248,000 nt of DNA. Source: Wallemia ichthyophaga EXF-994 (Eukaryota; Fungi; Basidiomycota). Location of the stretch: assembly GCF_000400465.1 (NCBI RefSeq), contig NW_008806283.1:20001-268000 (forward strand), in the 5' to 3' direction. Both the position numbers and the translations under genes were made by a program. The notes below the pieces were generated by a model. It saw nothing but the letters and a program-made list of their open reading frames with translations, was not told the DNA's origin and did not search any database. Shown here piece after piece: positions 119,633-131,445 of the stretch. Position 1 is the first letter of the stretch. Every line of letters starts with the position of its first letter.

Positions 119633-121084
119633 CTAAAGCATCCCCTCTACACCCATCCACAGCAGGAACCTCGTGAACAAACTAACTTTACGTTGTGGCT
119701 GCTTGAATGTCTTCTCACTAACCTCAGTACTGCAGCTATTCAATTCCTCTACCTCCCCTTGCAGCCTCTTTTTCAGCTCGCCACTACTCGTCATCAACAG
119801 AAAACTCAACTCAAGGTCGAGATTGCTACTTCGTCCACTGAGGTTCGAACTGCCGATGAGAGTGGCCATAGCATCATCTGCACTCTTCTCATTACGTATC
119901 CATAGCCCTTTGCAGTGGTAAGTCCAACCATTTCTCCGCCATTCTTTCAATTGGAGTGAGTTATGGCGGTGGTGTTTGATAGACGATGTGTAGAATTTAC
120001 TCATTAGATGCGTATATGCCTCCGGTATACGCCCACTAACTCCCCTGCTACCTAAAAATCCATTAGCATCCGGTGATGCAGCTATTATCCATGTCGGTAC
120101 TCGACTCTCCATTACGCGCCGCTTGTAACCCCCACCCAAGCTAAAGTAACCAGATGTCATGTGAAGTATAGCGCCAGGAATGCTGTTGATTGCGTCAAGA
120201 AGATAGTGCACCGAATCCTCCTCCTCCCTCACACCCCACAAACCAGACTGGATGAGCGGATAAATGGTGGTGTCGTATTGTGGCTGGTCTACTTGTTCAT
120301 TACTCATGCGACACTGTCTGCGAGTGAAGTGTTCCATCTCCTCACGCGCTTTATCGCTGAATGCACTAGCTGGTGCATCATTCTCCCATCGCACATCATC
120401 TGAGTCGCACAGTTTATAACTGAAGCGCGTCATTAACTCGACAAAAGCGCGTAAATAGTTGGATAACTGGAAATGATCAGTAATTTGCATATATCTGTCT
120501 TGTCTGTTTGTGAAATAAGACGTGTTTAGATTCGCCCCCGAAAGAAGAACAGTGTCATCGAAGCAGTATATCTTGGTGTGTTGTGTACCAAAACCTTCTA
120601 TAAATCTGGGCGGTATAAACCGTTGTAAGATGCCCAAATTGGTGTTTGGTTTGTGGAGAAATACCCTCACTCTATTGCCAAAGAGGCGTACCAGAGGGGA
120701 AATCAGACTGGCTGGTGAGTGTGGTGGGTGTGCTTGGCGTGTAAACCTATTGAAATCGGCGAGTATAGTGACTGTGAGCTGCTGATTCTCTCTCAGACGC
120801 CGCTGCAACAGTCCCACCAACTCATTCTGTTCTTCGCCGATATAGAGGGTGGAAATGTAGATAGAGCGTTGGGCTGTGTTTATATGATGTATAAATCGCC
120901 TATGGAAGTCAATAGGCTTGCTCAACAAGTCAATTTGCTTCGAATTTGCTTTGAAAGAAGGGTGTCTGTTGCACAGCCAGGGGTATAATTCATCGATGCG
121001 ATGTGGGTGATGTGTGCCGTGACTTGTGCCTTTAATTGGAATCTTCGGGATCTGATTGAACCAGTTCCTTAAGAAACCCATCAA
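119633..121084 (-). CDS. PGS1: Phosphatidylglycerophosphate synthase
   Basis: QHTKIYCFDD, WTYHCKG, GSSNLSGRS. Confidence 0.92.
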   Translation of the reverse strand: MMGFLRNWFNQIPKIPIKGTSHGTHHPHRIDELYPWLCNRHPSFKANSKQIDLLSKPIDFHRRFIHHINTAQRSIYISTLYIGEEQNELVGLLQRRLRENQQLTVTILADFNRFTRQAHPPHSPASLISPLVRLFGNRVRVFLHKPNTNLGILQRFIPPRFIEGFGTQHTKIYCFDDTVLLSGANLNTSYFTNRQDRYMQITDHFQLSNYLRAFVELMTRFSYKLCDSDDVRWENDAPASAFSDKAREEMEHFTRRQCRMSNEQVDQPQYDTTIYPLIQSGLWGVREEEDSVHYLLDAINSIPGAILHMTSGYFSLGGGYKRRVMESRVPTWIIAASPDANGFLGSRGVSGRIPEAYTHLMSKFYTSSIKHHRHNSLQLKEWRRNGWTYHCKGLWIRNEKSADDAMATLIGSSNLSGRSSNLDLELSFLLMTSSGELKKRLQGEVEELNSCSTEVSEKTFKQPQRKVSLFTRFLLWMGVEGML

Positions 121085-121130
121085 ATACTCCCGATGACTG
121101 TCTTCTCGATACCATCACTACCGACAATAG

Positions 121131-122890
121131 ATGATTGATGATTTCTACGAATATTTATCTAACAAATCCAATGGAATCGCTGTAGATCATCTAAAACTGG
121201 TTAGCTGTCTTCTACTGAGCTACCCACTCTCTCACTGTGAGCCCAACCACTAAATACGGTATCATCCACTCAAAGTCCCCTAGTATTCTTGCGTATTCCA
121301 CCTCAATATCCAAATCTACGTCACGCCTTTAATCTATCCTCTTCTCTTTTCTTCCTTGTCGGGATATTCTCACTTAAATGGGGTCTAATCAACCTCATCC
121401 TAAACTCTGTCATTAGTTACTCCCTGGCACACACTCTATCCAGGTACAAACACATGCCGTGGATCGTTATGGCTTTTGCCATGTCACACCTCCTATGTTT
121501 CCACCTACGACGCCTAATCCACACTACTCCCTCAACCTCGGTCGAAATCAGCGGTAGTCTGATGGTTCTCATCCAGCGTACAACCACCTACGCCTGGAAT
121601 GTCCATGATGGCTGCTGTACCGATGCCGAATTGCAGGAATTGCAGGATCACCAGAAAGACAACCGCGTCACCCACAAACCCTCCCTCCTCGCTTTCCTCG
121701 CTTACACTCTCTACTTTCCCGCCATCCTCGTCGGTCCTGCGTTCCCATACGACGCGTATGCCAGTTTAGTGGATGATAGTCTATTTGAGACACCGCGCCC
121801 GCGCAAGCTCAAACTCAAAGGACGCAGACGGGCTGGATATCGTAGAATGGTATTTGGGTTATTTTTTTTGGCCATCTACGCGGTGTGGGGGGGATCCGCT
121901 GATATGTCCCGCCTCATTGACCCTGCCTGGCAGCGCAACCACACCATTCTGCGCCGCATCCTCTTCGTGCAGAAAGCAGGCGTCATTACTCGGTTTAAGT
122001 ACTACGCAGTCTGGTCCATCTCTGAGGGCGCGTGCATCATCTCGGGTCTCGGCTTCAATGGCTACAACGCCGCTAATGGGCGCACGCGCTGGGATCGGGT
122101 GCGCAATATCGACGTGCTCAGCGTAGAGCTGGCGCAGAACATTAAGGAGCTACTAGACGCGTGGAATATGAACACTAACATTTGGCTCAAGACTTGCGTA
122201 TATCTTCGCATCACTAGTCGTGGTGAAAAACCTGGTTTCGCGTCCACCCTCTTCACCTTCCTCACGAGCGCTTTCTGGCACGGCCTGCCTTTGGGTTACT
122301 ATCTTACATTCGTCTTCGGTGGGTTCCTCCAAGCTCTGGGGAAGATGGTGCGCAGGAATGTGAGACCGTTTTTCATCGCTACTGATAAACAAGGTGAACA
122401 AATTGAACAAGGCAAACACCTCAAATACCTCTATGATGTACTCTCCATCATTACCACACAGACGCTCATCAACTTTGCCGTTATCCCCTTCCTGCTTCTT
122501 GATTGGAGAGATAGTGTACGAGGATGGAATAGCGTGTGCTGGTATGGCGTAGTGGTGGTCGCGTGTGCTTTCGCCTATTTCAAAGGTTTCGGTGGCGTAG
122601 GGAGGTTACAGAGCAGACTACAGAAGCAGCAACGCGATGATACGCTCAACGACCTCCTCTTCGACGCCACCCCTACATCTGAGTTGAGAGATAGGGTGGG
122701 GCTGGACGAGGAGCTGTTGACAAGAGACGTTGACGAAATGATTCAGAAACTACTCTCTAATGGCTCACTCGCCAGTCGCGAAGCTGCGGATCAGATTAAG
122801 GATATGAGCAGCGACGGGAAGGCTATAACAAAGGCAGCGGTTAAAGACGCTGTTGAGGGAAATAGAAGTGGGAGTGGGAGTGAAATTTAA
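121131..122890 (+). CDS. ALE1: MBOAT lysophospholipid acyltransferase
   Basis: VGPAF, WNMNTNIWL, SAFWHG. Confidence 0.92.
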
Positions 122891-123152
122891 AGCAAAAGTA
122901 AATAACCACTCATTTTATGTTTTGTGTTTTGTGTTTTACGATGAAATGAAAATTTTGATATCATTGTTTCGTCGTTCGCGGTTGTGTGCTGTAAACCGGA
123001 ATGGTATATACTCACTAGCCAGCACCCACACACACATCTTAAGTATAAACTTGGCATCTATCCAAATGTCACCCACTTCGGGTATTAAAGTCAACTGATT
123101 CTTGTGGAAATACCACCAACTAGTGTAATTTATATCATAAGATCAATAAACC

Positions 123153-124088
123153 ATGGTAGATACACAACCAGCCAGTCTGCACTCACTACCTGCTGAGTTG
123201 CTGGATATGGTGTTGATACTGCAGCCGCAACTCGCAAAGACATGTAAATACCTCTACAACCTCAATCTAAAGAACGATTTCGCCATCGTTAGAGGTCCGG
123301 GTTGCAAAATACGCGGGGTGTCCCACTACACATTCTCAGAAACTCCCGTTAAGCTTATCGGTGGTTTTAACGGGCAGCTGAAACGAATGACGATACTACC
123401 GTGTGCAGATTACATCAGAAAGCTTTACGTGAATATGCACAACACCAAGTCAGGTAGGTGGGGGTGAAACGTCGAAATCCGGGGATGATGAGCGCATAAA
123501 TAACTCAAAACAGGTAAAATGGGCTCGTATATCAACACACTAGCTAATCACGTTTGCGCATTCACCAACCTCCACCAGCTGACAGTAACGTTGAGTTCCC
123601 TTTACCACATACTTGCTATGAAGAATATTGTCATGGAGAATATATCCACGCTGGTGCTCGAATGCAGGAGTTTCTACCTCGAAGATAGTGAGCCGGATGA
123701 TGTGGTGGACTTGCTGCTCACCTCCTTCCCCAATCTCGAGAAAGTGCTCTTGTACGCCGGGAATGACTTCAGAGGCTCGGCGGAGAAACTTAAGAAAGTG
123801 TTTAGCGAGAAAATGCCAGCCTCTAGATACCTACAATATGCTGTTATATTATATAGGAGCTGGAGCAATGTCTCCTTGACATCGACAATGGTTTACCTCA
123901 ATGAATACATACGGGTAGGTGGAGGTGGACGTGAACACGGAAATTTGAAATACACACGCACAGCTCTCGCCCCAATATGCACACCAAATCTGCTCAAGGT
124001 ATCACCCACTATCAGCCGCGTTCTTGAGAAGATGGCAGTGTCTCACGATATAACCCAGCTGCATCACATCACGATTGGATATGAATGA
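123153..124088 (+). CDS. F-box-like protein
   Basis: LHSLPAELLDMV. Confidence 0.5.
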
Positions 124089-124248
124089 AGGAAAATAACG
124101 AATTTTGGTTACGATACAAGACTTGTATAGCTAATGATGCTAATGATACTAATATTGATTATATTAAACTACATGGACAGATAACTGAGTTTGTACATCA
124201 CCACGATGAGGTAGGTGCAGTGATTATCAAGCTCTGGGTGATCTCACG

Positions 124249-125232
124249 GTGACCAGCTTCAATGACTTGGAAAGTGGAGGCGTGCCACTGTCTACGCCCA
124301 ACGAATCACCCGGCGTTTCGAGTGGGTTGAGCGGATATACAAAGCACAGCTCACAGCTCTCACCAACAACAGATGAGTTCATACAGCTCAAAGATAAGCT
124401 GAGCATTAGTATATTTAAAATAAACGGTAATATACAAGGTATCAACCGTATCGTAGCTGTTTTGGGCACAGCGAAAGAGCAAGGTGACTCACGGGACAGA
124501 CTACATGAGCTACTTGAGTCTACAAGGCTCATTGTCAAGAATACCACTGAGAACGTGCGTAATTTTACAAACTGGGATTATGGCGCACATCCGGCGAATA
124601 GTCCACAGATAATACGCAACACGCAGTCCAAGATTAGCAGAGACTTTAGTGGAGCTTTGCAGTCATTCCAGAGAGTGCAGAAGGATGCAGCGGAGCGAAC
124701 GAAATTGTCGACGGAGAAGGAGCTGTCGAGAAGAGTTGAAGGGGCAGCCCAGCCAGCCCAGCCCGATGAGGTGCTGTATAATCACCAGGATATATACCAG
124801 GGAGAGTTGCAAGAAGAGCAGCAGCAGCAACAGGAACAACACCAACAACAAATACACCCGCGTAGAATCACAGAAGCTGAAATGGCATACCAAGATGGAT
124901 TAATTGAGGAGCGTGATCACGAGATTAGAGATATTGAGACGTGCGTGTTTTATAAAAAAAAAAAGCTCTGGCTACTGCTCACACTCCACACAGCGGTATA
125001 CACGAATTAAACGACATTTTTAGAGATCTAGGTGGAATTGTCGTTGAACAGGGTGGAATGCTCGACAATATAGAGTCAAACGTAGATAATATCTCCTCAG
125101 ATGCCAACAGAGCTAATGACCAATTAATTTCTGCGCACGAGTACCAGCGTAAAGCGGGAAAGAGAGCACTATGCTTATTGCTAATACTTACAATAGTAAT
125201 ACTGATTGTAATACTCGTTTTGATTTTATAAT
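124249..125232 (+). CDS. Endosomal/vacuolar syntaxin (Pep12/Vam3 type)
   Basis: IEERDHEIRDIE, VEQGGMLDNIESN SNARE, TM tail. Confidence 0.88.
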
Positions 125233-125265
125233 TTTCAACTCATTCTCATCTCATTCCGAGTTTAA

Positions 125266-126885
125266 TTGACGTCGCATTGGCCTAGTTTGATTTATTGTAC
125301 GGAATCCATCAATACTGTATTGATGCAGATCAAACACAATGCCAATGAATTCCTAGAGCCCACCTCACCCACCATATCACCCGCGTTGATTTACTTTATA
125401 CAGAACAGCTCCCCTTCCAATCACGATGAAAGTCCTCAGTCTCAGAAAGTAGCGAGGTCAACACCGACGGTTTCCAGCCCCAAATTTGAATCGACTACGG
125501 CAGAGTTGAATAAGCGGCCGCTTTCTACTATGTTCAATAACGTTGGCAGTGCGTCAGGGTCCACGAGTAGTCACGCGCATGCACATACGCATACACACAT
125601 ACAAACACAAACACACACACTGGAAGAAGACTTCAGATCGGATATGCGGTCTAATAGGTCGTCTACAGGTACACTAGGTACCATCACGAGGAATAGTCTC
125701 AGAAGAAGAACTAAACCAAGTCTCCAGCTCTTCAACTCGCCTACAAGCAGCCATCAACCACAAGAACATCAATCACCTTATACTCCCACACTAAAACCAT
125801 CTTCAACCCATCATAGAAATTTATCAACGGAATACCTCTCTCATAAAATACAAGGATGGATGCCAAATTTCACAAACTCACTCTCAACTCCTCAGATTTC
125901 GACGGAGTCTTCTTCGTATGACAATAACCACAAAGAGTCCAAGGACTCGAAAGATAACAGCAAACGTGGTATGCTCGGTAAAGCATTCTCGAGTTTACAC
126001 TTTAACGACTTGGGTAAGTCTAGTCCCCAGAATAGCATCCTCAACTACAGATTGCGCATTGGATACCCAAATCAGCGTTTAGTATTTGGTGCATGTTTGT
126101 GGCAATCCACATACACAACTAAGATTGATAAATCTCCTTCGCTATGGAAAATACCAATTGAAGCAAAAGAGTACTTGCCATGTCTGGTAATCAGATGCTT
126201 TGAATATCTCATTCAATGGGCAATGGTTGAAGAAGGTATTTTCAGGATTTCAGGGAAGTCTTCACAGATATTACAACTTCGCAATGAATTTGATAGCGGG
126301 AGTGATATCTATTTGAGAGATATACATCCTTCCATACTAGATCCACACGCCGTTGCATCAATATTCAAAGCTTATTTAAGGGAATTACCACATAACATAC
126401 TCACAAATGAGAATATACCACAATTCAACGATTTCATGCAGATATCATATAAAGTAAATGCAGTTACCTCAGATGACACACCAGCAGCTGCATTAAAGTG
126501 TAACTATAAACAATGCGATCAAATTGACAGTAGTGATGTCGATTTGAAGCTGTTGAAAGATATTCTATCAGAACTACCGCATTCAAACTATTGGTTATTA
126601 CGACTAACGATGAAAATTCTTAAGTTGACAGCTGATAATAGTGAGGTGAACAAAATGACCCTATCAAATCTAGTACTCGTAATATGTCCGTCAGTTTGTT
126701 TATCAGCGATATTCGTCAAAATTTTAGTCAAGCACTTTGATTATCTTTTCGGGATTGATCATGTATTCGAAGATAGTGAGGATGATGAGCTTAGTTATTT
126801 GCGTCCAGAAACAAGCCAGCTGGTGTCATCTAGTGGTGAAAGAAGGAAGTTCAAGCTACTAAGCAGCAAGCGTGATAAGAAGTAA
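125266..126885 (+). CDS. RhoGAP protein
   Basis: EEGIFRISG, FKAYLRELP, NKMTLSNL. Confidence 0.9.
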   Translation: MTSHWPSLIYCTESINTVLMQIKHNANEFLEPTSPTISPALIYFIQNSSPSNHDESPQSQKVARSTPTVSSPKFESTTAELNKRPLSTMFNNVGSASGSTSSHAHAHTHTHIQTQTHTLEEDFRSDMRSNRSSTGTLGTITRNSLRRRTKPSLQLFNSPTSSHQPQEHQSPYTPTLKPSSTHHRNLSTEYLSHKIQGWMPNFTNSLSTPQISTESSSYDNNHKESKDSKDNSKRGMLGKAFSSLHFNDLGKSSPQNSILNYRLRIGYPNQRLVFGACLWQSTYTTKIDKSPSLWKIPIEAKEYLPCLVIRCFEYLIQWAMVEEGIFRISGKSSQILQLRNEFDSGSDIYLRDIHPSILDPHAVASIFKAYLRELPHNILTNENIPQFNDFMQISYKVNAVTSDDTPAAALKCNYKQCDQIDSSDVDLKLLKDILSELPHSNYWLLRLTMKILKLTADNSEVNKMTLSNLVLVICPSVCLSAIFVKILVKHFDYLFGIDHVFEDSEDDELSYLRPETSQLVSSSGERRKFKLLSSKRDKK

Positions 126886-126954
126886 GAACAAAAATGTCTA
126901 ATTGTAAAAGTGTACTATTAAGAAATAATAAATAAATAACTCTATAAGGTAAAA

Positions 126955-127485
126955 TTACAATCTCTTGAAGAAAGATTTCAGACGTGAAGGAGTCTTTGTA
127001 GGTTGAGGATACTTGCAAGCCATGAATTGAGGTATAGATGATGTTTGAATTAAGTAGTTTACGTGTTCGTATGCTTTCGTGAAGCAATCCGGATGTGTTG
127101 AAGTGCGGAGTAGATCGAGTGTGTATGATTGGATATCTTCTGGGAGATTTAGTTCAAATTGGCTGAGATTGTTGAAGTAGACGCTGATTATGTGATCAAC
127201 TTCACGTCTATATGGTTGTTCTTGTGTGTTTATGCTAGTCTTCTTCCTCCACTTGTTTAATCTACACGAAGGTGACTTATCCTGCTCTATTCCACTCAAT
127301 CCACTCCATCTACTCTTATAAGATAAAAACCACAAGATAAAGTTGAGATTCTCAATCGAGTGCTCCTGGTATTCTAAAAATGTCCTAAAATCCTCCGCCA
127401 ATTCGTTATTATTGAGTATTTCCGCCAGTGTTTGCACATTTTTCCCCGTTCTCCCCGTTCTCATGTGATTGTCCAACAACAGCAA
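126955..127485 (-). CDS. RGS domain protein
   Basis: FRTFL..EHSIENLNF, ELNLP. Confidence 0.8.
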   Translation of the reverse strand: MLLLDNHMRTGRTGKNVQTLAEILNNNELAEDFRTFLEYQEHSIENLNFILWFLSYKSRWSGLSGIEQDKSPSCRLNKWRKKTSINTQEQPYRREVDHIISVYFNNLSQFELNLPEDIQSYTLDLLRTSTHPDCFTKAYEHVNYLIQTSSIPQFMACKYPQPTKTPSRLKSFFKRL

Positions 127486-127514
127486 TATAGCTATAAAAAT
127501 TATTACAAATACCT

Positions 127515-130500
127515 TTACAATAAAAGATCAAGTTGTTGTTTCAATTCCGTTGATATTTTCAAATATTCATTACGTTGTGCCTTGGCTACGCTTAAATCCC
127601 GTGCCATTTTTTCAACTCCATCAACGGCATGCACATCCGCATACATACCGTCGAGTTCCTCATTGAATGATTCGTATAGAACGCTTATCTCACTCTTGCA
127701 TTCATTCAATTGCTTCTCTAGCTTGTGCGTGCGTTCTGCGTCTGCTTTTTGACGCTGTTGCAATTGTCGCGCTACCTGTACTTGCAATTCAAGTGATCTT
127801 TCCATTTCCGCGAATGAATTGCTGTCGATTTGGCCGGATTTAGTCTTTTTCAGTGTTCTTGCGTCATCTGATAGCTGTATTGTGTGTCAGATGGGTATGA
127901 ATGGCACTCCACCGAACTCACACTGTCTATAAGGAAATTGAGACTTTCATCGGTAGTGCCTGCACTGTGACAAATCTCTTCCCACTTGCGTTTCCTCTCG
128001 CTCAAACCGACATCAACCCTGACAATCTCGGATTTAGGAGGAGGCATTATCTTACGGTCCTTGTTCTCCTTCTCTGAGGTATCAGCAGTGTCATTGTACA
128101 CCCACTCATCCAGTGCACTCGTGTAGCCGTAGCCATCCTCCGGCACTGACTTGGTTGACTTGGATGGTTTGAGTGGCTGTGGTTTTGGCTGTGACTCCGC
128201 CTTCACTTCCACTTGCTCCACTGCAACATTCTTACTTGGAATACTCAAAGGACGTACGACAGGCAAATCCATCTTGTACGCATTCCCGACTTTCGGAGTA
128301 GATTTAAGGGTGCTCCTGCTACTTGTGCTACCAGTACTACGGGTGAGATCGCGCGGTCCGAACGGTTTCCTTGCACCGGGCGACATTACTCCCGACCTCA
128401 GACCTGAACTTGTACCAGTACTGCGTGACCACGCGGACGAGTTGGTAGTCTGCCTCGACATACTGAATGCCGGTTCGGGGGGAATGAGTGAGCTGCTGAC
128501 GCTTTCCGGATGGGGTTGGTCAGGGCTAGTGGGAGTGGGTGTGTGGTTGGTGGTGTAAGTGTGAGAGTGCGTAGGTACACTCGTCGACCGCCGTCTGCTG
128601 ACTGTGTTCAATCCTGCTCTGCCCTCACGCACTATCGCTTCATCAGCCCCACCGGCTATGTAGGAAGGCTGGCGAGCTATTGCAGCTGCAATGTCTTCGT
128701 CTGTGTCGTTATCTGCCTCCTCTTCCGCATCCTCATAACGCGGGAATTGTGACGAATCATTCTCGCCGAATTTTAAGTCAACGCTGGTGGAATTAGAGAT
128801 AGTGCTGCCATTGCCGTTGGTGGCGTCGCTCGTGCGTGCATCTGTGTCACTACCGCAAGGCAGCGACGTCGAAGCGTCCGAGCGAGTGCTGTAATTACCC
128901 GCAGTAGCTAGGCTGCTATGAGAGCGGGGCGGGAGAGGTGGATCGAGTGGGTAACCATGTTCATTTTCATTCCCACTCTCACTCTCACTCCCACTATCAC
129001 TCCCACTCTTCTCACTCCTTGCAACGCTCACACCCACCACACCCACATTGCTCGAGGGAGGGGGAAGCGAGCGAGGTCTTTCGAGATAGGAAGCACGCAC
129101 GCCATCCCTGTAGTCGAGCATTTCCACCTCTTCCTCGGCCTTAGCAACAGCCAGGCGGCGCTCGTGGTCGATCTGTGCTTCCGTCGTCCTCCGCTTGTGT
129201 AGCTCGCGCGCAACGGCTTCTGCCTCAGCCTCCCGCTCGGCGTCAGCTGCAGGTGGCGTCTGCTTGCGTTTCACCTTGCGCTCGAATACGGCCGGTGCTG
129301 GCGGCGATTTGGGCAGTGGGCTGGGTGTACGCGTGTGAGTGTGTGCAAGGGTGGAATGAGAAGGCGCCGATCCGCGATGATCTACCGACGTTGCAGGTGT
129401 AGATGTCACCTCGCTGTTTACACTCCCCATTGTTAAATTACCGCTCGACTTGCTCGCTAGTGAGCGTGTGCGGCGGTGCGAGTGTGAATTGGTAGAGTTC
129501 GTGAGGTCTGCGTCAGGTACACCCAGCCTCCCATTGGCAACACCCGCGCCGTGCTTGAAGAAGCCCCTAGATACGCTCTCGAATTTGTTCTTTGTCGGTG
129601 AAGATGGTGCCCGCTCACGCTTGCGTCCTCCCACTGTCAGATTTGGCGCTAAGCCAGCAGGTGTATAGTCGTACAGACGTGCCGCTTGGATATGCCACAC
129701 GAGACGTTCGTAAACGCCAGCCATATCCACACTCTCTTCCAACTCTTCGGGTGGACTACTGAAAGTCGTGGTAAGGTGCACGTCGTCGTGTTCGTTGTTG
129801 ACTTGCGCACGCATCACTATTAGTGGACAAGTGCCTGCCTCGCCGAGTGGAATGGCATCAGCAACCCCTCCGCTCCCGTCCATGTGTAAAACTGCTTTGC
129901 TTTTGTGTGCTGATCTGAACCACTGGTCACGGGATGTGTACACATTGTAGTAGAGTCGAGCTCGCCCACTCCCCCGCCCACTGCTTACACCACCACTCTC
130001 TAATGGCAACCAGTCGCGGGATATCTTGGCACAGGCATCTCCGCCGGTTGACAATGTACTTAAAATGGCCTGCTGTTTCCATGTACTCGAAATGAACCGC
130101 GTCATTGGACTGTCCGTTGAGAGAGGTTCTGATGGAGAGAAAGACACTTGCGTTGCGGAGAAGGCTTTGGAGGATCTGTTAAACCGCTCATCGTCACAAT
130201 CAGCGAACGCTGAGTTGTTGAAGACAATACCGAGTTCTGAATTGTGTGTTAGTGGGTTACTAACACAGGAAAAAAACCAGTCACCTTGATGTGATAAATC
130301 GGTCAAAGTTACATCTGATAGGTCAGCAACAACTTTACAAACCAGTTGATGCTTTGCTATACCAATTCCCCAGGATTTGGCGGGTGTGGATGAAGGATTG
130401 GAAGCGTCCAAGTCATCAAGACCGGAGAGTTTGCGACCTCTTGCGTGAGCAGAGGGACGCTTAGCGATGACCAACTTATCGTTGAAGAGGAAGAGAGTGC

Positions 130501-131347
130501 ATGGGAGAGGGTCGTCAATGTGACTAGTAAGAGGAGTTGGAAGGTCGTCAACGTCGATGGAGTCGATTAGAGTGCGATTGTGTGAGATGAGATTTGGGGG
130601 AAAGTCTTGGATGTTTCTTTGGAGAGTGTGCATTAGAGTGGCACGTTTAGTAGTCTCGTCAGCTTCACAGGAGGCGATCTTTGAGGCTAAATCGAGAGCT
130701 TGAAAGAGTAGGGAGCGTTGATCGTGAGATTGGTCAAGATAGTTCATCATACCTTGAAGGAGGAGGATATAGCGGGGGATTCGTTGGACAGGCTCCATTA
130801 GCAGCTCTCTTAAGCCAATATTGTTGATACCCGTAGTCTGCCATTGGGTTCTATCGATGAATTCGACAAAAGATTTCTTCTTCAATAGGTCCTTGAACAG
130901 TTCAACGGATTTCTGCCTGTTAAAGTAATATTGGTTGTAAGGAGTGAGATAGGGAAAGTGAGACATGCAAATATTCCCTATGTTAAATTCATTCGCGTGT
131001 TCTAATTCGGTGAGGAAGGAGTAATTGATGTGCAAAATCTGATCAATGTTTGCAAATAAAGATTTGGCGTCAAAGTGGTTTATGATTTGAGTGTCTTTGT
131101 GTTTAGCGAATTGTCTCAATGGATCGGCGTAATTGAGTTTGAGAGCAGTGATCCTTTTAACGTAAGATTTCTCAGTGCTGATTAATTCATTGAGTTGCTG
131201 TTGAAATGATTGTATATTCGGAGATTTGGTTGGTGGTGGTGGGAGAGACGAGGAGTTCAGGGAAGGAGAGATGAGATTCTCGCCGATGTCCCAATAACAA
131301 CCATCAAATACAACATCACAGAAGAAAGCCTTATGCTGTGATGACAT
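127515..131347 (-). CDS. RhoGEF (DH) protein
   Basis: ELISTEKSYV, LMEPVQRIPRYILLL. Confidence 0.85.
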
Positions 131348-131445
131348 ATTTTTAATTATTTAATTGATATTGATGGTTCAATTCAAACTACCAAATTCGG
131401 TTGGTGTTGGGCAGCAATTAATTAAAAATCTTTTGGTAAACAACG

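Noticed and set aside
114349-122890. PLC1, PGS1 and ALE1 as a phospholipid gene cluster
   Set aside because: Different compartments and pathways, interleaved with unrelated genes; chance is sufficient.
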